NCBI GenBank assembly: GCA_965248535.1
Contig: CBDFJR010000005.1
Location: forward strand, 779,546 to 843,545
Direction of reading: 5' to 3'
DNA from: Phormidesmis sp.
GTDB lineage: Bacteria; Cyanobacteriota; Cyanobacteriia; Leptolyngbyales; Leptolyngbyaceae
DNA: 64,000 nucleotides
Below, in pieces: positions 59,134 through 64,000 of the stretch. A program made the translations under genes and the position numbers. The notes under the pieces are model-generated. The model saw only the letters and a list, made by a program, of their open reading frames with translations, was not told the DNA's origin and did no database searches. Within the stretch, counting starts at the first letter, position 1, and the number at the start of each line of letters is the position of its first letter.

Positions 59134-59182
59134 TTGACAGGGGAGGTTAGTACGAGGATACTAAAAATAGTACTATTATACT
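59134..59182 (+). promoter_or_regulatory. Sigma70-type promoter overlapped by two LexA-box-like sites
   Basis: TTGACA (59134-59139), 17 nt, GATACT; AGTACgaggATACT (59149-59162) and AGTACtattATACT (59169-59182). Confidence 0.45.
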
Positions 59183-59219
59183 ATATGATCCTTAAATTCG
59201 TCAGCCCCCAGGAGCCAAC

Positions 59220-60173
59220 ATGAGAGAACTGAAATCAGACGATCAGAGTCAACCCGATCGGGCCGAATCTGACCCTAACTCTTTCTCTTCTACCTTAAAA
59301 GCAACGGCGGCTGATCTCGATCGCGTCGAGGCACCGTCTTTAGTCGAGGCACCGCCCCCAAGCACTCTCGCCCGCAAGCGTCGCGCCACGACCCCAAAAA
59401 CAGCCGCCAAAATCAAACAGCAGACTCCGCTCAAAGCAAAACAAACGCCATCGACCCAAATTAAGTCAATTTGGGAGCCAACTCAGCCCTCGATCGTGGC
59501 GCAATTTCAGCACTTAGAGCAAGAGTTGCGACAGCTAAAAACTCAAGCCGATCAGATCAATCAACAGTCCATTGAGATCAAATCTGAGATGCAGGCCCTG
59601 CGAACGATCGCCCACACTGCCCATCCCCCAACTGCGGCAACGCAGCCGCCCTCAGCCGCTAGTCAATCGGCCGAACTCAACATTCCACCATTTTTGCTCA
59701 ATCGTCGCGCCGCTAACCCTGAGCCTGTTGCTGCCGCTTCGGAGGATAGACTAGGCAGGCAGGCTCCTGCTGACTCACCGATCGAGACTCCTGCCCCCCT
59801 CACCTCAGCCCAGTCTTTAGAAACTCCGCCCAGATTCTCAACGGCTCCGCGCCCCACAACGGCAGTGACTCCCCGTCGCCGCACCCTCCGCTCTGGTTGG
59901 CGGCAACTCCGGCCTTGGCTGCAACTGCCGCAGACGAGAGGCGCGATCGCAGCCGATGCCGTGATCTGGACAGCCGCCGCCGCCGGGCTTCGCATTGGGC
60001 TAACTCTGTTGACAAAAAGTTTGCCGTTTTTAAGTTTGCCGATCGTGCTCTTGCTGTTTGTCCCGGCTGTGTTAGCAGGTTATCTGTCCTTCTGCGTGCC
60101 TAAATCTAGCCCAGTTTTGATCTACCGCTTGCTGCTGCTGACGCTGGGGCTATTGCTCGGAGGAAAACTATGA
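59220..60173 (+). CDS. Hypothetical protein: Pro/Ala-rich, coiled-coil, C-terminal TMs
   Basis: Low-complexity N-terminus, heptad region, three hydrophobic C-terminal segments; CCAGGAG RBS. Confidence 0.7.
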   Translation: MRELKSDDQSQPDRAESDPNSFSSTLKATAADLDRVEAPSLVEAPPPSTLARKRRATTPKTAAKIKQQTPLKAKQTPSTQIKSIWEPTQPSIVAQFQHLEQELRQLKTQADQINQQSIEIKSEMQALRTIAHTAHPPTAATQPPSAASQSAELNIPPFLLNRRAANPEPVAAASEDRLGRQAPADSPIETPAPLTSAQSLETPPRFSTAPRPTTAVTPRRRTLRSGWRQLRPWLQLPQTRGAIAADAVIWTAAAAGLRIGLTLLTKSLPFLSLPIVLLLFVPAVLAGYLSFCVPKSSPVLIYRLLLLTLGLLLGGKL

Positions 60174-60553
60174 GGCTCTCTAGACCCTTTAACCCTAAGC
60201 ACCTGCTGGCAGGAGCCGCCGCACTGCTGGCATTAGGGCTGTTTGTTGACCTGCGAAGCTTTCCATCGTGGGGCACAAAATCGGGTGCCGATCTCTGCCC
60301 ATCAAGCGCATCTTCCCAGGGCAAACTGACCGAGCAACAGGTGGCTAAACTGTTGACCGTGGCAGAAGGCGATCAAAAAACCAAAATTCGGGAAATTGCA
60401 CGGGAGCCTGCTTGCAAATTGCCAAGTTTGCAGGTGCGAGCCGGATCGATCGCTGAACGAGAAGTCTATGGGCTAAAATTTGACCCACAAACGTGGATTG
60501 TGGTTCTCTATGAAGGTGATCAGTATGCAGGCTATAAATTCCGGCTGCGCTAG
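60170..60553 (+). CDS. Hypothetical membrane-anchored protein
   Basis: 4-bp overlap with the upstream gene, N-terminal TM, WIVVLYEGDQYAGY. Confidence 0.7.
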   Translation: MRLSRPFNPKHLLAGAAALLALGLFVDLRSFPSWGTKSGADLCPSSASSQGKLTEQQVAKLLTVAEGDQKTKIREIAREPACKLPSLQVRAGSIAEREVYGLKFDPQTWIVVLYEGDQYAGYKFRLR

Positions 60554-61007
60554 GGCAAGACTGCTACTCTTCGGCACATCGCTGATTTGGACATCGCTTT
60601 TTTTAAGTAGCTGCGCGTCTCAACCCGCTGATCCACCCCCGATCGACCTCCAGCTATTTCAAAAATGGCAACTGCAACCCGGAGATACGATCGCGGGCTA
60701 CACCGTCTTGGGCGGGTTGGGAGATATCTCGATCGCGCTCAGGGGCAGTCCGGCCTATGCCCCTTTTGATGGTGAAGCGCAGATAGACAAGCGTGGCTGT
60801 GTTTTCTTTTCGACCGCAGAAATTCCGGCTTACAAATTTCGGTTTTGTGGGCTAAACGCGCCCCACCTCGGACAACTGAGACAAGGCGAGACGATCGGCA
60901 AAGGTGACACGATGCAGTTTGCCGCGCTTCGCAAACAGCCAGACGGCACTTGGGCGATCGTAGAACCTGCCAAAGGCATTTTAGAACGGACGCTCAAACC
61001 CTCGTGA
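60480..61007 (+). CDS. Hypothetical lipoprotein
   Basis: LFLSSC lipobox, WQLQPGDTIAGY, GGLGDISI; true start probably downstream of 60480. Confidence 0.65.
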   Translation: MTHKRGLWFSMKVISMQAINSGCARARLLLFGTSLIWTSLFLSSCASQPADPPPIDLQLFQKWQLQPGDTIAGYTVLGGLGDISIALRGSPAYAPFDGEAQIDKRGCVFFSTAEIPAYKFRFCGLNAPHLGQLRQGETIGKGDTMQFAALRKQPDGTWAIVEPAKGILERTLKPS

Positions 61008-61018
61008 CCTGGGTAGAG

Positions 61019-61822
61019 TTAAAACTCGCGAATAGAGAAAATTAGCGACGCGATCGTCAGCACGAGAATGATGTAAATCAGCGCATACAGCCCGTTTCCC
61101 AGCAGCACTTCAGAGCTGGGAATTAGATGATAAGCTGCCTGATTTTTGAGATCTAGCCGAGCCAGATCGGGCAGCACGAAATAAAGCCCCTGCGTGACTG
61201 ACTCGATCGCCGGATTTTTTGTCAACTTGCCCAGCGTCACCAGATCGCGACTAAGTTGACCCATGAGATAAACTGCAACCGTAAACAAGATCGCTAGCAG
61301 AGAGCTTGTAAACACCCCAAACCCAATGGCCACGGCTGTGATCAGCGATAGCTGCAAAAACAAAAAGCTCGAAGAAATCACGATATCGCGCCCTGAAAAA
61401 GGCACTTGATAGACCGACAGCACCCCCAGCGCGATCGCGGTCATCGCGACCACCAGCACCGCCAACACCGCCGATAGCCCCCAGTGTTTACCCACGATAA
61501 ACTCGGTGCGGCTGACGGGTTTAGCAATCAAGACAAAAACGGTGCGTTTTTCGATCTCTTTGTTGACCAACCCTGTGCCCACAAAGACGGCGATCAGCAA
61601 GCCTAGAACGCTCATGGCTGCCAAGCTCAGATCCAGCAAGATTTTTTTCTCAGTGGTGGCGGCGATTTCGGGCAACAGCCGCCCGGCCAGAATCAATGCC
61701 AACCCATAGAAGCCGATCAGATAGAGAATGCGATCGCGAATCACTTCTCTAAAAACATTCATCGCGATCGTCACCACTCTACTCAGGGTGCCGCCCACGC
61801 TAACAACAGTCTGCTGATTCAT
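61019..61822 (-). CDS. fraE: ABC-2 type permease, FraE-like
   Basis: NVFREVIRDRILY, NKEIEKRTV, LIAKPVSR, LPDLARLDLKN; third gene after fraC and fraD. Confidence 0.8.
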   Translation of the reverse strand: MNQQTVVSVGGTLSRVVTIAMNVFREVIRDRILYLIGFYGLALILAGRLLPEIAATTEKKILLDLSLAAMSVLGLLIAVFVGTGLVNKEIEKRTVFVLIAKPVSRTEFIVGKHWGLSAVLAVLVVAMTAIALGVLSVYQVPFSGRDIVISSSFLFLQLSLITAVAIGFGVFTSSLLAILFTVAVYLMGQLSRDLVTLGKLTKNPAIESVTQGLYFVLPDLARLDLKNQAAYHLIPSSEVLLGNGLYALIYIILVLTIASLIFSIREF

Positions 61823-61830
61823 AAAAATCC

Positions 61831-62844
61831 TTAAATGGGCGTTTGGGGAGGAATCGGCTGCGGCTTGCTAGATGCCTGACATTTAACGGTGCCGATCGTG
61901 GGCGATCGCGGCACCGATTTTCCCGATGAGATCACCTCAAAATCAGCAGGCGGCCCGGCTTTGTGCCCTTGACTAATCTGACACGCCTTCGTGACGTAAT
62001 AGCCTTCAGTCTTAGCGCTCGGCCCCTGCCAGATGGCTTGCAGTTCTAAAACATATTGGGTGTCAGGCAGCACTCGCCCGCGTAGATCCCAGAGAGTGTT
62101 CTCAGTCCGACGGGTCATTTTTGCCTGCGCGTCGGCAGCTAGTTTTGAGATTTCTTGATTCAACTGTTCTGGCGAGAGCCAGCGTTCTACCTCTGCCCAA
62201 GGCTTACCTTCTAAGCGAGTTTTCAAGCTTTGCTCGGCGGCATCTAACAGGTTAATGCCTTTGACATCAGGCTGCCTTTCGGGATATAGCTCGACCACAA
62301 AAGCGCTGCGCCTAAAATCGTCAGAGCGAATGGTGGGATAGGCGATCAGCCAATCTTGCAGCAAGAAATGCAGTTGAAACCAGCAGCTAATCACCAAATT
62401 GCTCAAGAGCATCAAAATGATATCTTGGCGATCGCCAGGCTTGGGAATGGCATAGGTCGGCGTTTTCTTCTTAGAGTCAGTTTTGATAAACCGAGGAACC
62501 GCCCACAGCAGCGCTGAAACCGGAGGCCAGCTAATAAAAGAAGCCGGGGTCGGGGTGCCGTTCCAACTGCCAAACAGCCAGAGACACACGATCGCGCCTA
62601 CAATCCACGGCCCGGTAAACAGCCCGCCAAAGGTCAGCTTTTTCTTAACCGCGCCATCGTAGGTAAACCACCAAACGCTGGTCACCAAAAACAGCCAGCC
62701 AAAGTTTGCAATGATGGGCTGAATGGGCGGATTGGTGATGCTGGCTACAATCACCGAAAACACGCTCAGGCAGATCAAAGTTTGCCAAGAGGCCCAGCCA
62801 GGAGCCTGCAAGCTCTTCCGAATTTGGTCAAAAAAAGTGATCAT
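61831..62844 (-). CDS. fraD: Septal junction protein FraD (DUF5357)
   Basis: WASWQTLICLS, N-terminal TMs plus a periplasmic domain; between fraC and the ABC permease. Confidence 0.8.
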   Translation of the reverse strand: MITFFDQIRKSLQAPGWASWQTLICLSVFSVIVASITNPPIQPIIANFGWLFLVTSVWWFTYDGAVKKKLTFGGLFTGPWIVGAIVCLWLFGSWNGTPTPASFISWPPVSALLWAVPRFIKTDSKKKTPTYAIPKPGDRQDIILMLLSNLVISCWFQLHFLLQDWLIAYPTIRSDDFRRSAFVVELYPERQPDVKGINLLDAAEQSLKTRLEGKPWAEVERWLSPEQLNQEISKLAADAQAKMTRRTENTLWDLRGRVLPDTQYVLELQAIWQGPSAKTEGYYVTKACQISQGHKAGPPADFEVISSGKSVPRSPTIGTVKCQASSKPQPIPPQTPI

Positions 62845-62886
62845 GATGCCGATGAAAAAGGTCTAGACGGTAAGCTATGAGAGGGT

Positions 62887-63420
62887 TTAGAGCATGGGGT
62901 CAAAAAGCAGGCGCAGCCCAATCAGCAGCGTGATAGCGCTAAAGCTAATGGCATTTGCCCACAAAACCGCTAGCGGACGGTTAGGCACATTGGCAAAAGC
63001 GGCTCGCTGCCCTCGCTTGCCTTGAAACTTGGCGACGGCTTTGGCTTCGGTTTCTGCATCTTTTTTCAGTCCGAGCAGCAGTTCTAGCCAGGTGATCGCT
63101 TCAAGTTTGACTAAAAAAGTGGCGATGAAGCTGACAAACGCCAGCCCGATCAGCAGCGGAGGGTTGGTGGTCAGATCAAAAAAGATATAGCTGATTAGCT
63201 GTGAGCGTAGCTCAGGTGACAGCAGTGGCTCGGTGACAAAAAAGAGCATCCAGCCAATCACGGTTGACAGGAGATTGGTTGTCGCCGCAAATTGAATGCT
63301 GATTTTGCGCTCAAGGCCCAAGCGGCTTCGCAGCACCATCGATTCTAGAGCGATCGCGGTCACCAAAAACAAAAGTTGAAACAGAACCGCTCGCAGAGGC
63401 AAGACATCAAAAAAGGGCAT
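62887..63420 (-). CDS. fraC: Filament integrity protein FraC
   Basis: LPLRAVLFQLLFLVTAIALES, NLLSTVIGW, VLWANAIS; start moved to ATG 63420. Confidence 0.85.
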   Translation of the reverse strand: MPFFDVLPLRAVLFQLLFLVTAIALESMVLRSRLGLERKISIQFAATTNLLSTVIGWMLFFVTEPLLSPELRSQLISYIFFDLTTNPPLLIGLAFVSFIATFLVKLEAITWLELLLGLKKDAETEAKAVAKFQGKRGQRAAFANVPNRPLAVLWANAISFSAITLLIGLRLLFDPML

Positions 63421-63573
63421 GGTCACCAGAAGAGTAGGACGATCGCTCTGAGCTTCGCAAAGCAAATCAGCACCGTGATCACAGACGATTTTACGTTCAG
63501 TCGGCTCATCTGCACAGAAAGTTTTGCGATTTGGGCGGTGGTAAGCAGGATAACCGACACTTTATAGCCCATA

Positions 63574-63921
63574 GTGAGAGAATTGCTGGTCAGGAAATCT
63601 TCAAAAGCAACTCTGTTAAAGATGCTGTCGTGGTTGCCTGGTATGTCAAGCCAGGTCAAGAGATTCCGGCGCATTCCGGCGCACTTCCATCCCGATGGGC
63701 AAGACACTTGGACAATTTTATCGGGAGCAGGCACTTATTTTCTAGACACCGCAGGCACTACCCAGGCGATCGCCGCCGGAGATGTGGTGATTGCCCCGAT
63801 CGGCTGCGTGCACGGGGTGATAAATCAGGAGGATCAGCCGTTGGTGTTTATTTCGGTCGTATCTCCCGCCGAGGCAGGCTATCAAAGGGTTTCAGCAGAC
63901 GATGCAATTGCCCTGCATTAG
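63574..63921 (+). CDS. Cupin domain protein
   Basis: PAHFHPDGQDTWTILSGAG and APIGCVHGVIN cupin motifs. Confidence 0.9.
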   Translation: MRELLVRKSSKATLLKMLSWLPGMSSQVKRFRRIPAHFHPDGQDTWTILSGAGTYFLDTAGTTQAIAAGDVVIAPIGCVHGVINQEDQPLVFISVVSPAEAGYQRVSADDAIALH

Positions 63922-64000
63922 ACGTTCTGCATCCATTCCGGGTCGCCTCATTTTGAATGCCCAACTTCACTACTAAACCCCTTTGAGCTTGTCGTCTCAA

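Larger units (their letters stand above)
1..64000. repeat. HIP1 octamer GCGATCGC dispersed across the window
   Basis: Many copies seen, e.g. 1406-1413, 1745-1752; hallmark of cyanobacterial DNA; not counted exactly. Confidence 0.95.

Noticed and set aside
1-64000. CRISPR arrays, tRNA/rRNA genes, prophage genes, and the many short overlapping ORFs in the track
   Set aside because: No regularly spaced repeat-spacer units, cloverleafs, rRNA motifs or phage hallmark genes seen; most short ORFs are antisense or alternate-frame shadows of confidently called genes

Overview
Chromosomal window from a filamentous cyanobacterium: HIP1 GCGATCGC is abundant, and ycf4, cruP, fraCDE and cyanoexosortase B are present. 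Most of it is ordinary housekeeping DNA: sulfate and molybdate ABC transporters, an RND efflux pump, cinA, a wecA-like gene, glyA, an EPS export/exosortase operon, cobO, aroQ, an AtzE/AtzG amidase cluster, cruP, a fabF-like gene, ycf4, a PAS-GGDEF-EAL protein, two S9 peptidases, ybaB, an LMW-PTP, a NarL-type regulator and fraCDE. Three accessory pieces interrupt it. (1) An IetAS-type AAA-ATPase/subtilase defence pair at 6.5-10.0 kb. (2) The main finding, at 12.8-18.2 kb: an integrase-less integron cassette array (CALIN-like) with three ~86-89 bp attC-type sites. The pairing of their boundary boxes defines two multi-gene cassettes, each ending in a toxin-antitoxin or TA-like gene pair. The middle attC is split exactly at TTGT/TAG by a 700-nt ORF-less group IIC-attC intron whose EBS1, DV and DVI look intact. 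The larger cassette carries a secreted trypsin-like protease fused to a beta-propeller lectin-like domain. (3) A TnpB-only IS200/IS605 element between wza and wzc. Three single-base frameshifts (sbpA, a cassette ORF, tnpB) may be real or assembly errors. No tRNA, rRNA or CRISPR array was seen. All assignments come from reading motifs by eye; no database searches were run.
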